This document shows positions 23,844 through 37,526 of a stretch of 64,000 nucleotides of DNA, in pieces. Source of the stretch: Takakia lepidozioides (taxonomy: Eukaryota > Plantae > Bryophyta). The notes under the pieces were generated by a model, which saw only the letters and a list, made by a program, of their open reading frames with translations, searched no databases and was not told the DNA's origin. The translations under genes were made by a program, and so were the position numbers. The stretch is taken from contig CM060733.1 of NCBI GenBank assembly GCA_030704615.1, positions 36,084,001-36,148,000 of the forward strand, given 5' to 3'. How positions within the stretch are numbered: the stretch's first letter is position 1; every line of letters begins with the position of its first letter.

Positions 23844-24247
23844 AATATAGAACAGGCTGACAACCAAGTTGTAGTCCAGTGGTAATGGGCACATACCACG
23901 TCAGAAGTGGTTGTGGGTTCAATCCACCAATTGGTGTCACAAAGGTGTCCACCTTCCCACCGGAAGGCATACGCTTCCTTCGGGAGGCATCAAATATTAG
24001 AACAGGCTCCAAGAAGACTGGTAAGCATTTCCAGTCAGCTGAGACAACCTGAGCTTAAATATACTTGGAAAGGGAGGTGAAAACTAATTCTTAACTCGAC
24101 TGCTGATCTGCCGCTGAGGTCAATCACAGTAATGCTCGTTAGCGAAACCTCACCCTGGGAAAGGAGCCCAATAAAGAGGGGAGGACTGGGAAACCCGTAT
24201 TTTTTGCAAGAGCATTGCCATTGGTAGTGACTCACACCACCTTGACC

Positions 24248-27200
24248 TCAACCACCACCTTGACTTTTAGCTTGCTTCCAATACTCAGTCACCAATTTTG
24301 CAAACAACGATGTATCCCTTTCTAGCAACTTTTGGGGCGAATCAAACTCCGCAAGAGCACCTGCAAACGGGCCCACAAGTTAAAAAGGGGGCATGGAAAT
24401 ATCGACTCTCTCTAGACCGTCACATTGACGTGTGCATTGTAGTAACATGAACCAAGCAAAAAGTACATACCATCAGCGAGGGCCAGGACCATATCACTAT
24501 CCACAACAGTAGGTATCCGATGAGCGACAGTGACTACAGTGCAGTTGGAAAACTCCTTCCTAATTGCTCGCTGAATAATAGCATCAGTGGTGGTATCAAT
24601 CGATGCAGTGGCTTCATCCAATACAAGGATTCGACTGCGTTTCAGTAGCGCACGTCCCATGCAAAAGAGTTGTCGTTGACCCACACTCCAATTCTCACCC
24701 TCATCACTCACTGCATACATAACATCCATATACACCAATCAGGGAAATTCTCAAAGAAACACAGATCCACCACCATAGAAAAGAAAGGAAGTACGATTGT
24801 GAACTTGATAACACTGGAGCTGATGGAAATAAGCAGCTTTAAACCGCATGACATGCCTAGCTGTAGCAAAATCTCACCTAATGCATCAAGTTTCTCAGGT
24901 GCCTCATGGATGTTGTCTGCCAACTGGCACTTGACTAGTGCCTGCAACACACAACACACAGCATGACATTAGAGACATTTGAGATCCTCCAAATATTGGC
25001 AGAGACTTGCATGGCTAATATCTTCTGAAAACTCATTTGTCGCAAGGATGTCAGTCAACGACCAACTGCAAGACTGGGGAAGTGCTTGCAATGAGGAGAA
25101 GTACCCACCTTCTTTTAAAGATTAATTGGAACGTTCAAATACAATCTATGCCTAATTCATGACTATGGTTGAGCAGTACCTCCCAAATCTCTTCATCCGA
25201 ATGCTTCCCAAGAGGATCGAGATTTGTTCGCACTGTACCCCTGAAAAGTGTGGGTTCCTGAGGAATGATTCCCAGCCGAGACCTCAGATCATGAAGGCCG
25301 ATGGAGGCAATGTCAAGACCATCAATCAGAATCTTGCCCCCAACTGGTTCCACAAGCCGGAAGAGGGCGCTGATGAGGGTGGTCTTCCCACTACCCGTAC
25401 GGCCCACCACACCTACTCTCTGCCCACCCTGAAGTGTGCATGTTATTCCTTTCAGCACCACTGGGGCATTGGGCCTGTAGCGAATCTGTTCCAGGTATAG
25501 TGAGGCAATGACTTCAGCATAGTATGATTCAAACTGACTGAATACAGTCATCTGGTGAACAGTACCTTCAACAGAAACTTCTATTAAATAGCCTGTGTCA
25601 TGATAAAACGGATGAACCCTACTGGTCGAGCAGCATTGTCAGCATTCTGGTGGAGGGATGTAGTACCTGTAGTTTGTCAAGCTCAATTGTGCCCTTAGTT
25701 GGCCACTCGGGAGCAGGTCGGTGCTCCTCAATGACATAGGCAGCTTCACTGGGAATTTTCATATACTGCTTTATCCGCTCAACAGAGATAATGTTGCTTG
25801 CCAGTGTGCATTGATATTGGATGTAGAAAACCAGAACCCCATTCAGAGTTAGACCATACGCCAACGATAACCCTGCAAATCCTGTTATTCCAACACCACA
25901 AATTTCTCACTCCCAGTGGTTGTAAGCCAGAAACCTCAGTCAACAACCTTAAATATCAGGTGATACTTGGCAGCTCATGTGTCACCATCACTTACAAGTG
26001 GAAAAGTTCACCTGCATATGGAATGTGAAAGACATTCAATCCTATTACTATAAGATAGGAAGCATACCTGCATCAACCTTGTTAGCTGGAAGGATAACCA
26101 TGAGAAGCGCAGAGGTGCAGAGAACAACTGCACACATAGTTTCAAGCCGCAGCACAAGCCACTCATATGCTGTAAATGTGTAGAAGAACAGGCTAGCATC
26201 AACATCAACGAGCTCCATGTTCTTCCTCTTGAATTCATCAACCATTTTGAAAGCCCGGATGGTTGTGGAGCCAGATATAGTCTCCCCAAAATTGTTGACT
26301 ATGGGGGCCTTGGAAGTCCCATTCACTCTCATCAGCTCTCGTGCCGAGGTCACGTAATAGCGCTGTCATTTCGAAAAAAATAAATCTTTCATCAGCCGCC
26401 AGATTTTTCTTTGAAGGTGGCTAAGACCTTTAAGAAAACTACTGAAAGTGAGGCAAAAGCAGGACCAACTGCATTATACGAGCTTCAACAGCAGATGATG
26501 GGAAAGAGACAGATCATGATAACCAGGTAGAAGGCTGTCAGTATTGACAAGGCAAAAAAAAGGTGGGAAATATGTTGCACTACAAAGCTGAAGATTTATA
26601 CGCACCTGGAGCCACCTCAAAAGAAATAGCATGGGAATGACGACTATGAGAACTTGCCATGTCACCACCGCAACTATAATGATAATTCCAATAATCTCTA
26701 GTGACACCGTGGACACAAAGCCCACGCTGAAAGGGATATCAACATCCAATAAATTTAGGTCTGCTGATAGCTGCCCAACATTCATCCCCAAGAAACAAAT
26801 TAATACAATCATGGCCACACAACCAATGAAGTGAACATGAAATCCCTCCTAGCATGCTACAAATCTCATTATTTGACTGCCTGTTTGGCTATTCACAATT
26901 GGAAAAAGGAAAAGAGGAAACTGGCCAATGTCACAGAGGCATTCAAACAGACTGACGTACAACGTGCAGGGACATGAGAGCAAGACAGAAGAACAGGAGA
27001 ATTTTAGTATGTCCACGAGAGGCCCACAGGATCAAGGGACATTGGACAGAATGCTACCTTGGAAAACAGAATCATAGAGGGAGGAATGTACTCATAAGAC
27101 GTTGTTTGCCATAGCCTTGTGGCCATCGACCCCGCGCCCACTTTGAGCCGAACACAAAGGGGGATGACGCCAGTAGTAAGACTTAATAAACGATATCCTC

Positions 27201-30200
27201 TAGAAATCCCTTTACACAAGCATCAACCTGCTGTGTGTGGTTTGCCCAATAACTAGGCCTCAAAAGGGCCTGGGCTTTTGGCTCAGCCTCGAGACTTTCA
27301 AAGTTTGTAAACAGAGGTACAGGCACAATTCCCTTGATAGATATGAAGAGAGCGTCTCTCTGGTGAGACGCGATCGGGCGCAGGAGGCGCCAACCCCGGA
27401 CAATGAATCAGAAGATGAATACTGTCTTCAGGTTGCCCACACAACGGGCAATTCCAATCTCCCTTTCCTCTTTGCTTCTGTTTGCTGTTCAAAGGTAGAC
27501 TTCCCTTTCTCTCCCATAGGGGGAGAGAAAGGCAAGGAAAGGAAAGAAAGGAAGTGCAAACAAACTTGAAAGAGTCCTCAGGAAGCCCAAAGAGAAGTGC
27601 AAACAGATTGCAAATGGTCACTTACCCGACTCAGAATTCTGCCCAGAGGCGTAGAGTCAAAAAAAGACATGGGGGCCCGGAAAATTGAACTATTGATGCC
27701 CTCAAAGAAAGCTCTGGAGCCCCTTAGGCCCAAAGCAACAAAGAACTGTGACCGTCCAAAGACAAAAACACCACTGGCAATGGCGAGAGTAGCATATACT
27801 CCAACCAGCAGTCGATCTGATATAGCTGGATTAGAAATCTCCGTGGCAAGCCAGTAGTTGCTGGACATCTGTAAAATAACGAAGGTAATTTGAGCCACCA
27901 TCATCCCCATACAGATCCACCAACCTTTTGAGATGGTAACATAGTCTCTGTAAATTTGGGAGCCAGAATCACCTGTCTCTTTCTCCTCCTCTTGTGTCAA
28001 CTGGCTTGACTGGTTTGGCAGCTCTCTCCGGCTACTATCCCGGCTTAACACACAACTTGATTTTTTCAACGATGGGTTCCTCCCAAAACTGGACGATGTG
28101 TTTCTGAAAAGAGTGATCTCTTCTGCAGCATTTTCCTCATCGGCGGCATGGCTAATTCGCGCACCTCCCATGGCTTCATGGTGAGCGTAAACAAGTTGTT
28201 CAAAGACTGTTCCATCTTTCATCAGCTCATCATACCTACCTTGTTGTTTAATTTCTCCCCCCTCCATGACCTAAGAAGACCAACATCGCAAGGAAGCGTC
28301 AGTTGCAAGTACGAACTTCAACAAAAAGCATCACATGTTTCCCTCAGGCCTCTCAGTTTCAGATGACACTTGTCCTCCAGCTCTACGTCGCTAAAATGCT
28401 GTCCTTAAAAAAAAACGGAGCAGAAACTCTAATTTAAAGGCTCAGAAGATCAATCCTCAATCTCATCCCTCCTACATTCTGCTTTTGACTTACTAATCGG
28501 ACTCCATGCTGGGGAGAAGAAGTGACTGGCAAAAATAGAAGGTTATGGAGAGACTACCAGGATGAGATCAACACTAGGCAGGAACTCCACTTGATGAGTT
28601 ACCAGAATCACGGTCTTGTTTGCCAGGGCCCCCATGACACAGTTCTGCACAAATTAACATAGAACAGAGGATGCATTGTCAGGGGAAAGGATGCTCTCGA
28701 AACTCAGAACATATTGGACTATCAAGATTGTGTATATTCAGCTGGCAAAGATAAAAGAAGGTGGAAGATGAGTGGACACATGACAGGTAAAAGGTTTTCA
28801 ACAAGGAAGGCAACAAAACCTTGAAAAGGCTGGCCTGCGTGTGTGCATCAACAGCACTGAAAGGATCATCCAGAAGATAGATGCCTGCATTTCTGTAAAC
28901 TGCCCGAGCCAGTTGGATTCTTTGCTTCTGTCCTCCACTCATGTTGATTCCTCTCTCTCCTATCTCTGTCATGTCTCCATATGGCATGCTCTCCAGGTCT
29001 TTATCTAATGCACAAGCTTGGAGTGACTCCAGGTAGCGGGTTGTGTCCATTGGCTGTCCAAAGAGAACATTTTCCTGCAGTGTTCCACTCTGAATCCAAG
29101 CTGACTGGGCCACATATGCAATGCTGCCAGACACTTTCACCTGAGATTGGCAGATAATGATGGATCAAAACTTCATCTGTTTGACATTGTCTAATCGAAG
29201 CTGAGAAAATTGCTCCCATCATGTCACTGTTGGATATTAAATTTGCATTTCTTTTGCCCAGAGTGACTATCGCTGCATGTTGGGATTTTTCAGTCAAGGC
29301 AAAACTATGTATTACATGTCATGATGTAGTGTAATATTTTTCATCTCCAGAAATACAAATACCCAGAGACGTACAGAACTTCTTTGAGATGTGATAATCA
29401 TTGACAAACATGAATTTCTGCTACTGCAACAAGACAAATATTAAAATGCCAGCTGAGAGCATACATACAACTTGTTCAAAGGCTTTGAGAAGTACATGAC
29501 ATCTTCAGGAGGGTGTGTGCATTTCACAAAGAACTTGGGGAGGTCAACGACGTAGACTACCGTGACACATACAATGGTGGTCATCAAAGCCCAAAAAGCT
29601 TACATTTCCTGATAGTTTTGGAATTTCTCCAAGAATAGAATAGAGGAGGGTAGACTTTCCAGAACCAACGGCTCCACAAACAGCCACTTTGTTCCCGCGC
29701 TTGACTTCCAAGTTGATGCCCCTTAGAGTAGATTTGTGTAATGTGGGTTCCCAGCTCAATGTGCCATCCTTAATCTCCACTGCTAGCTGGTCTTGATCTG
29801 ATTCTTCCTCAACCACAGCATCCTCCCGGAGTTCATCATCCTGCAAGTACTGGCTCAGTCGGGTTAGCGATAGCTGAGCTTGGATTACAATACTAAGAAC
29901 ATCGGGCACCTGCCGAATAGGATCTTGAATGATCCGAAAAGCAGCAAGAGCTGTGAATGCAACAGAAGGGGTGAGTTCATGGCCCAGGGCACAATAAGAT
30001 GTGAATACAACTGATGAGACCAGGGATGGGGTCAGCCAGAAGAGTATAGTGCCCATTGATCTCCTCCGCTGCACGGAAGAAAGCCACTTGAATTCAACAC
30101 TACGGAGGCCTGCCACCATCTCTCGAAATTTATCTTCCCAGGCCTGCAATACAGTCTTCATACTTTAAGAATGTGATTACTTACCAATCAATGTCTGTAA

Positions 30201-32827
30201 CTGGCAGTTTAAGAAAAATACACAACTTAGACTGCTATTCACAGATGATTGTTGTACCTATCAAAATCAGTAGAGGTTCACTGTCCAATGGCACAAAATT
30301 AGTCCACTGATTCCCAGAAAAACAGTTAATAAGTTATGGCGCAAAACATCTGCAACAAAGTTGGCATGACATAGCAAAGACTGGCCTGTAGTTTGATGAT
30401 TTTCATGTTGTGAAGGACTTCAGTGGATGCCCTTAGACGGTCATCCTGGGCGCGCATCCTCTGCACCTGGAAAATAAGATTTGGAACATAACAACATTCC
30501 ATGCTCAATGAGGAAACACCAAAATGTCTCAAGGCTCACAAATTTCTTCAGAACTGCACAAATACCAGATGGCAATGTACAAGAAACTTGACACAATTAA
30601 GTGAAAGACTGGATTACGGATGCTGCCAGCCTCAGAGTAACATGAATTGAAAGCAATCTACTCCACTTGTCGCTGAAAGTATTCCATACCTGGGCTCGCT
30701 GCATAGCTCGTGCTAAGGGAGTGTTGGCAACCATGGTGAGGACCACGATACAAAGACCTGGGATAGTTGCCATGCCTACTGTGTAGAAAAGAATGGCAGA
30801 AGCTATGGTAATCTGTAGAGGAATGACCCAAACTTGATGTAGCCACCATGGAAACTCTCCCAGCCTGTAGGCATCCACAGCTAAATAATTCACAATCTCT
30901 CCAGCTGCATGTCTCTGCCTCCCCAGGTTTGAGAGCTTCAATTGTTTCTGGTATACTGCCCCAAGGAGACCAGAGCGGAGCTGCATCCCCACACTCCTGC
31001 ATAATAACTTTAAATGAGTGGGAAATGAATGAATTGACTGGAATCGAAATGATACTTCCTAGGGGAAATTACAAAACTTTGCAATGTCCAAGGCCCAAAG
31101 AGCCTTATAAGGCGCGAAAAGGATGCACAAGAGAAAGTTGGCTCAAAAAAACTTATGGAACAAATGAAAGCAGGATACAAGACAGAATTTGGGCCCTCGA
31201 CAAGCAGCCCAAAAACAACTACTCCACATATTTTCCAGCATGGAGAGCCTCATGGGGAAGTGCATGAGGCTGAGGGTAGGAGAACAAGTTTGACATTCCA
31301 GTTGCCAACATGTAGAAAATACCTCTCAGCTAAACATCTTTTGCTTCATCCTTCTACATCACCCCAGTCTAGCACTTGAAGGTGCACTGATTCTGTGATT
31401 TAGCTTCTGGACGAAGAACTCTTCCTGTTACTCGCCAAAGGATCATACTGGCAGCTGTCTCACTGTAGTTCCGGAACTTGGAATGTACTTGCAATTACTG
31501 GGATAAGAAGGTCTGGAGTGGATATAGGCATACAGCACTTCCTGACACATGATGGAAACGATGTTGCCATGGCTAACCTGTCAAGCTCAATGCTGCAGAC
31601 ATCCCTGTTCCCCTGTACCAATCTCCAAAGAAAGTATACCCAAATGACTACTTGTGCTAACCCCAATTTCAAAATGCAAAAGATGTTAAGAATCCCTTAC
31701 CGAGCACCGAAATACCAATGGCGCTGCGATAGTGACTCCAGAATTTTAGCCACAAATAGAATGGCCACAAGAGTGTACCCTTCCCCAACGAAGATCTGCT
31801 TTCCAGCAGCAAAATCAAGGAAAAACAACAAAACCAGAGGTCCTGTAGCTGATGTCACAGACTTCGTGAAAGCAAGTAGGCCATTAAGCACAGTGGCCTT
31901 CCCATATACAGAGACAAGCGCCCAGAATACTGATTGAGGTTTGGTGGGGTCCTGCCTCTTCTGGAGATCCCAGGCCGCCGAGAATGCATTGTATGCTGTT
32001 TTTGCTTGGTTGTCTGCGTTGAGGTGGGGCACATCAGTTTGGGACAGGGGGCGTTTGTAGCCTATTGACAGTACCTCATCAATCCATGAAAATGTCAAAC
32101 GTCTAAAAACTCCAGCAGTAGCATATGGTGTCTCGTGTGCATTCTCCGTCTCTTCCTTTGAATGCCCCTCGAGTAGAGGCTCTGAAAGACCATTCGCCTC
32201 AGAAAGATTAGCCAGCCTTGCTCCTGTCAGGGCACAAACGAGTAGAAGACAGCAGACAGGCCATACTGCTATGGCCAGAAAGGAATCGACAGATAGTTTG
32301 TGGGATCCCTCAACGAGGTATTCTAAAGCCCACACAGCTGTGAACGTCCCAATCAGAAATGTTACGATCCACCACGTGTAAGCAACATTCTTCGTTGGTT
32401 TCCGCAATCGCATTCGTAAAGAGAATGCAATGGCGATCCATGCTAATGCTTGAACAATCAGGTACGTCCACTCGTGTGAAAACGTTGAGCGTGCTCCACT
32501 CCAAGAAGATATGAGAACCCACAAGGCAACTCCCAAGTTGGCTACGCCCACAAGGGCAGCAGCTGCAGCCGTCACGCTGAATAGGACTGATCCCGCACGG
32601 ACAGAATGTACTGGAAGGTTGGCAGGTACAGGTTGCTTGAGGCTGGTGGAAATACCCAGAAAGACAGAGAAGACGGAGAGGAAGATGAGGTGAGTAAGAT
32701 AGACAATTACATCCCGAGTGCAAGTAGAGGGCCGGGGAAGACCCCACCACAGCAGCTTTGCAGGGGAAGCACAATCTCCCTCACAGTACTGGCCATCCAA
32801 TTGACTTTGATCACCCCCACAAAGCAT
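24248..32827 (-). CDS. ABC transporter C family (MRP-type), spliced
   Basis: TMD0 exon 32827-31701; NBD1 [36 protein letters not shown]; TMD2 [15 protein letters not shown]; NBD2 [25 protein letters not shown]; last exon ends [12 protein letters not shown] at 24248. True start may involve an upstream exon. Confidence 0.93.
27085..27545 (-). mobile_element. 5'-truncated LINE 3' end in an ABCC intron
   Basis: Encodes [18 protein letters not shown] (LINE ORF2 C-terminal CCHC finger) and ends in the shared tail aatgtactcataagacgttgtttgccatagccttgtggccat. Confidence 0.72.
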
Positions 32828-35076
32828 CTCCCATGGCCCTTCCAATACACAAATTACAAAGATTCAGTGAACAACAAGTTGAAACACTTTCACGATGCTC
32901 ACATACCAAAATCAGAAGATAGTAGCGTAAGACTACATAAATCTCGTAGAGTTGAAGGTCTACCTGTCAACGAATGCGCAACCAATGCCAGTGCCATTGG
33001 AGCTCGATTGCTAAAGGTGACCCACAGTAGTTTATCAACCTGCCAATCACGGTCAGAACCCATCACCACCAGCTGTACCCAGTTCTCGAGACAGTGCACC
33101 CACACAATGGAGAAAGCCCCCCGGGGAGCAACTCGTGAGGTGGGTTACTTCACTCAGAATGCAGGGAATCTTTCAAATACTTGGTCGATTCCCGCGACCA
33201 CCGTTTACCAAGAGCCTGCCCTCATGGAGCTGCTTCTCTCTTCCTCGCTCACGAGAACGCAACCCACTTCTCTGGCCTTGCAATTTCCACCTCTTGCATC
33301 CCCGTGTCCCGTCTGTCAGCGATGCGTACTTGCTGGCCCTCCTCTCAACCTCATTCGCATGCTTTCGAAGGTGCAGAAGACTCGCTCACTCCCACCAAGA
33401 CCGGACTTCCCCCACCATGGCCACAATGCTCTCTGCCTTCCCAAATCTCTACACTACCCACCTCGCCTCCCTCATCAGGGCTATCATTCGATGACTCCTG
33501 CCAACTTGTCCTGACGAACCTGTACATGTCCATCTCCAATTCCGAGCTCCACACCTCTAATTAAGCTCAACTCTTGCCCATCGCAGGCCACACATGTCGC
33601 TACGAAACGGCCCCGCAGCCGACGCTTTCCAATCGTCAGCCTTGCCGTCTTTATAACCCAGAGGGCTTAACACTTCACTCCCGTCGCTCTACTCATCTGT
33701 ACCGCTTCTGTAGATCTCAAGGAATTTTAATGATCCCTGAAGCAGTGTTTGGCACCTCATCTGTTTGTGAATATTTCGAGTTCTGAAACCATGTCATTTC
33801 CAGCTAGTTTTCTACTGCGCTGCCTTCATTCTCCTTCTTATATTATCTTACTTACACAGTCGGCCCTCTATAAATGTTACCTCCTTATTAGAGGGTCGAC
33901 TCTATCTCCCACTCTACTCTCTTCACTACTTGGTGTAGCTGAGTTATCTCGATATGATAACATACGTGGGGTTGACACTTGAGACGAATGGCGGCGGAGC
34001 AGCCTTGTAGACCACAGCTTCAGAGGGTGGGGCCGCCACCCTGACATTGAGAGGGTATACGAAGGAGAGGAGGGTTCTCCGTGTGCTACTTACTACTTCA
34101 GTGGGCTCTGCACGCAGCCCCCACTAAAAAAACGTAAGCATGAGCACGGACCATAACTACACTAGTTAATTGGGGTTGTCTGAAAGAGCAAGCTTGAGGG
34201 TCAGGAGATGGAGAGAACAGGCTGCCACATGCTAACATCAAGGAAACAGAGTAGAGTAACAGAGACCTAGAGAGTAACAGAGTAGAGAAATCTGGAATCT
34301 GGAAGCACAGTGCGCAAAGCAGGCCTAGTTTGTGAAGGTGACTCTATAGTGAAGCCAGGGAAAACTGCCGACGCAGACAGTCACATGGAAGTTTGGAGTG
34401 TGCTTTGGTGCATGTTCAATGAAATATTGGGTGCGGGGAGGTCGGCATTTTGACTGTGGAATGATCACCTGTACCAATTGGGAATTCTTGCGAGAGGCTT
34501 TTATTTTCTGCCAACCAGCCCATTCTATTCGATTTGAAATCGGCAACAATCTCACTAGGCCGTTGTACAGGCAGGGCGTACGTTCGCACTACCAGAATTA
34601 GCCACAACGGTCAACAATGCTTGATTCTCAAAACATCCCATTACCGCACGTGGAGTTGCAGCGAGCTTCAGTCGATGTAGATCTGACCAGTCGGGCTTCT
34701 CGGCAGAATGTTTCAGAAGGGGCAATTTTTTCGTTCCCCGTTCCAAACTGTTAATGCGCAGTCAAGGCAGACTGCTGCATGAAAGCCAGGACTGAAAACA
34801 GCCCTCTTTCGTCTACAAGGGCCGCCATTTCCTGCCTCAACTCAGGCCTATGCAGCTCTTTTTTCAACCAGACTGTGCACATCAGAGCTCCCCTTCTGTT
34901 CTGCAATTCCTCCATGTCTCGTTTGTAACTAATTCCCGGCTGCCACCAACACAACTGGATACAAGATTTATGAGTACCCTTCTAGCATGTTGGCATGTTA
35001 CCATATGCGAAGTTAAGAAAAGCTCAATAAACGCTAAAGCGAAGGGACAATGTATAGTGTGGAGTACGAAGGCTAC

Positions 35077-35262
35077 GCTTGAATGCCACACGCTTAGCCA
35101 AGCGGACCGATCAACTTGATCTCCATCTAGACTTCCGGAGAGAAAACTGAGAAAAAGGCTGATTTGCGAGAGAAGGGCCAGATCAGTAGTTACGACGATC
35201 ACGTTTGCCTTTGTGATGATGCTCAAAAAATTAATTCTACTGAATGTTCAAGTTCCTGCACA
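35077..35262 (+). pseudogene. Duplicated fragment of the GT61 gene 3' end
   Basis: Aligns to about 7641-7805 (gcttgaatgccacac.cttagcc.ag.ggaccgatcaa...gagaagggc..gatcag.agt.acga.gatca.gtttgcctttgtgatga), with indels. Confidence 0.88.
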
Positions 35263-35987
35263 ACAATCCAACCTGATCAACTGGTTCGAAAACATATAAT
35301 CTTTTGCCCTTCTTTTACGCTCTGGACAACCTTCCTTCCAGATCACCACAACAATCTAGTGTAGGAAAAGCATCCAGCTAGAGCGTCGCATGTCCTGGAC
35401 CTAAACCCCTCATTTCATACTCATTAACAGGCACTTCTCGATCAATCCAAGTATCCTCAGCAGCGATGGTCTCTATCTGTCAGAGGATCCATGGAGATCG
35501 ATACCATCAACTCTGCGCACTATCCCCGCCCTCGGGATCGTTTTTGTTAAGCTTAAACGTCTCTTTTCCCCATTCATAATTTCATATCCTTATGGATGAA
35601 GTCTGTATTCGGTCCACTCAACAGAGTCCAGGGATGAGTTCATTTCGTGAGATGAGTTCTGTAGTACGCGGTCACAGGGGAACATGGGAACCTGCGGGGA
35701 CCCAAAGTGCCACCTGGCATGCCAATTGGCTTGTGGAGGCGGTGCCGCGTGCCACGGTTGATGATGGATGGGTATAGATGGGTATCATCCATTAATGGAT
35801 GGTTATCATCCATGGGCAGGCGAGGAGAGGCGGCAGGGCAGTGGAGGAGGAGCGAGGAAGACGATGCCGAGTGCGAGCTTCGATGCGCGAGAGCATTGCG
35901 GGCTTGCAGGATCTCTGCAGCGAGCTCAACAATCTCATGTATCGGCAGAGAAGCGCATGAGGGAGGGAAGGAGAAGAGGAGGATTTG

Positions 35988-37526
35988 ATGTATGAAAGGG
36001 AGTTCGTCGGACTCGTGTTGGAGAAAGTGTATGCGGTGCTGGAGATGCCGTCCTCATCTTCGTCTCACAGCTATGCAACTACGGTGGCGGTGGGAGTAGC
36101 CGTCACTGCTGTTGCAGGTGTAGCAGTCGCGGCTGCCGTTGGCGGGTTGGTGTACTACAATGAGGGGAGCTTTCCTTTCAAGGCTCCGTGGAGTAGGAGA
36201 ACACAGCGTCCCCTAATACCGAGCAAGTGGTTCGATGCGTTTGAGGCTGAAGAAGGCCGGCTCATTGATGATGGTGATAGTGTAATCTACAGAGTTCGGA
36301 GGGGAGGCATTGACCCGGGTATTCGTGCAAAGGTGTGGCCGTTTCTCCTGGGTGTCTATGGTTTTGACAGCAACTCTGCGGAAAGGGAAGCTGTGAGGTT
36401 CTCCAAAAGGGAGGAGTACGAGGAGTTGCGGCAGCAATGCTGCCAGGCTTACGAAACCCTATCTAAACAGACCGACGAAACCCTAGTTCCTTCCGGGCAG
36501 GAGATGCCCTTGACTGGAGACAGCACCTCCGATCGCCAGTCGTCAGACTTTCCAGACGAAAGTGCCAGAGTAGCAGATAGTCCAGAAGCTGAAGCTTCCA
36601 GTAGCTCTGGCGGAAAGAGGGATGGTAAGACAGCGCAGGGTGCTGCCGTCGAACAGGGCACCATCAAGCAGAGTGATGGCGAAGGGCGCAGTAGATTTGC
36701 GGACAGGGGAAAGCAGGCGATGGAAGACTTCAGCACTTGGCAGAGGATTATCCGGCTGGATGCGGTACGAATGAATGCAGAATGGGTGCCCTATTCAGAA
36801 TCACAGGCAAATGTGGGTGATGAAGAGGCGGCTCGGTTGGCAAAAGAGGTTGGAATTGTGGACGATGAGCATCTAGAGGCATGCAGAAGACACCATGCAG
36901 CTCGTTTGGTGGCTATCCTGGAAGCATATGCACTCTTTGACCCTGATACAGGGTACTGCCAAGGAATGAGTGACCTTCTCTCACCGTTCGTTGCACTTAT
37001 GGACGACGACTTTGAAGCATTTTGGTGCTTTGTCAAGTTCATGCAGGACGCACGACACAACTTTCGGTTGGATGAAATCGGCATCCGGCGACAACTAAAC
37101 TTAGTTGGCAGCATTCTGAAAGCTTCTGACGCCCAACTTTATGATCATCTCTGTAGTATTAGATCAGAGGATTGCACCTTCGTCTATCGAATGGTGGTGG
37201 TGCTAATGCGAAGAGAGCTGAGTTTTGAGCAGACACTCAATCTTTGGGAGGTGATATGGGCAGACTGGGCAGCTCTTGATACAGGGAGGGGCCGGGGAGT
37301 GAAGAGGAGACAACGAAACAGATTAGGTCCTCCTTCAAGGGATTTGCTACTTTTTGTTATTGCTGCAGCTGTCCGCAGGAAGAGAAGAACAATTTTGGGA
37401 AACTGCAGGGGACTGGATGAACTTGTGCGGGAGTGCAATGGCATGGCTGGCAACTTGGATGTCTGGGAGCTGCTGGATGATGCCCGGGAGCTGGTGCGGA
37501 CTGTGCAGGACAAGGTTTCTAAGTGA
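35988..37526 (+). CDS. TBC-domain Rab GTPase-activating protein, intronless
   Basis: GGIDPGIRAKVWPFLLGVY, IRLDAVR (IxxDxxR), GYCQGMSDLLSP (YxQ), RRELSFEQTLNLWE in one ORF. Confidence 0.93.
   Translation: MYEREFVGLVLEKVYAVLEMPSSSSSHSYATTVAVGVAVTAVAGVAVAAAVGGLVYYNEGSFPFKAPWSRRTQRPLIPSKWFDAFEAEEGRLIDDGDSVIYRVRRGGIDPGIRAKVWPFLLGVYGFDSNSAEREAVRFSKREEYEELRQQCCQAYETLSKQTDETLVPSGQEMPLTGDSTSDRQSSDFPDESARVADSPEAEASSSSGGKRDGKTAQGAAVEQGTIKQSDGEGRSRFADRGKQAMEDFSTWQRIIRLDAVRMNAEWVPYSESQANVGDEEAARLAKEVGIVDDEHLEACRRHHAARLVAILEAYALFDPDTGYCQGMSDLLSPFVALMDDDFEAFWCFVKFMQDARHNFRLDEIGIRRQLNLVGSILKASDAQLYDHLCSIRSEDCTFVYRMVVVLMRRELSFEQTLNLWEVIWADWAALDTGRGRGVKRRQRNRLGPPSRDLLLFVIAAAVRRKRRTILGNCRGLDELVRECNGMAGNLDVWELLDDARELVRTVQDKVSK

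Noticed and set aside
32606-33514. 302-aa plus-strand ORF
   Set aside because: Partly antisense to the ABCC first exon, no recognisable motif; treated as spurious.
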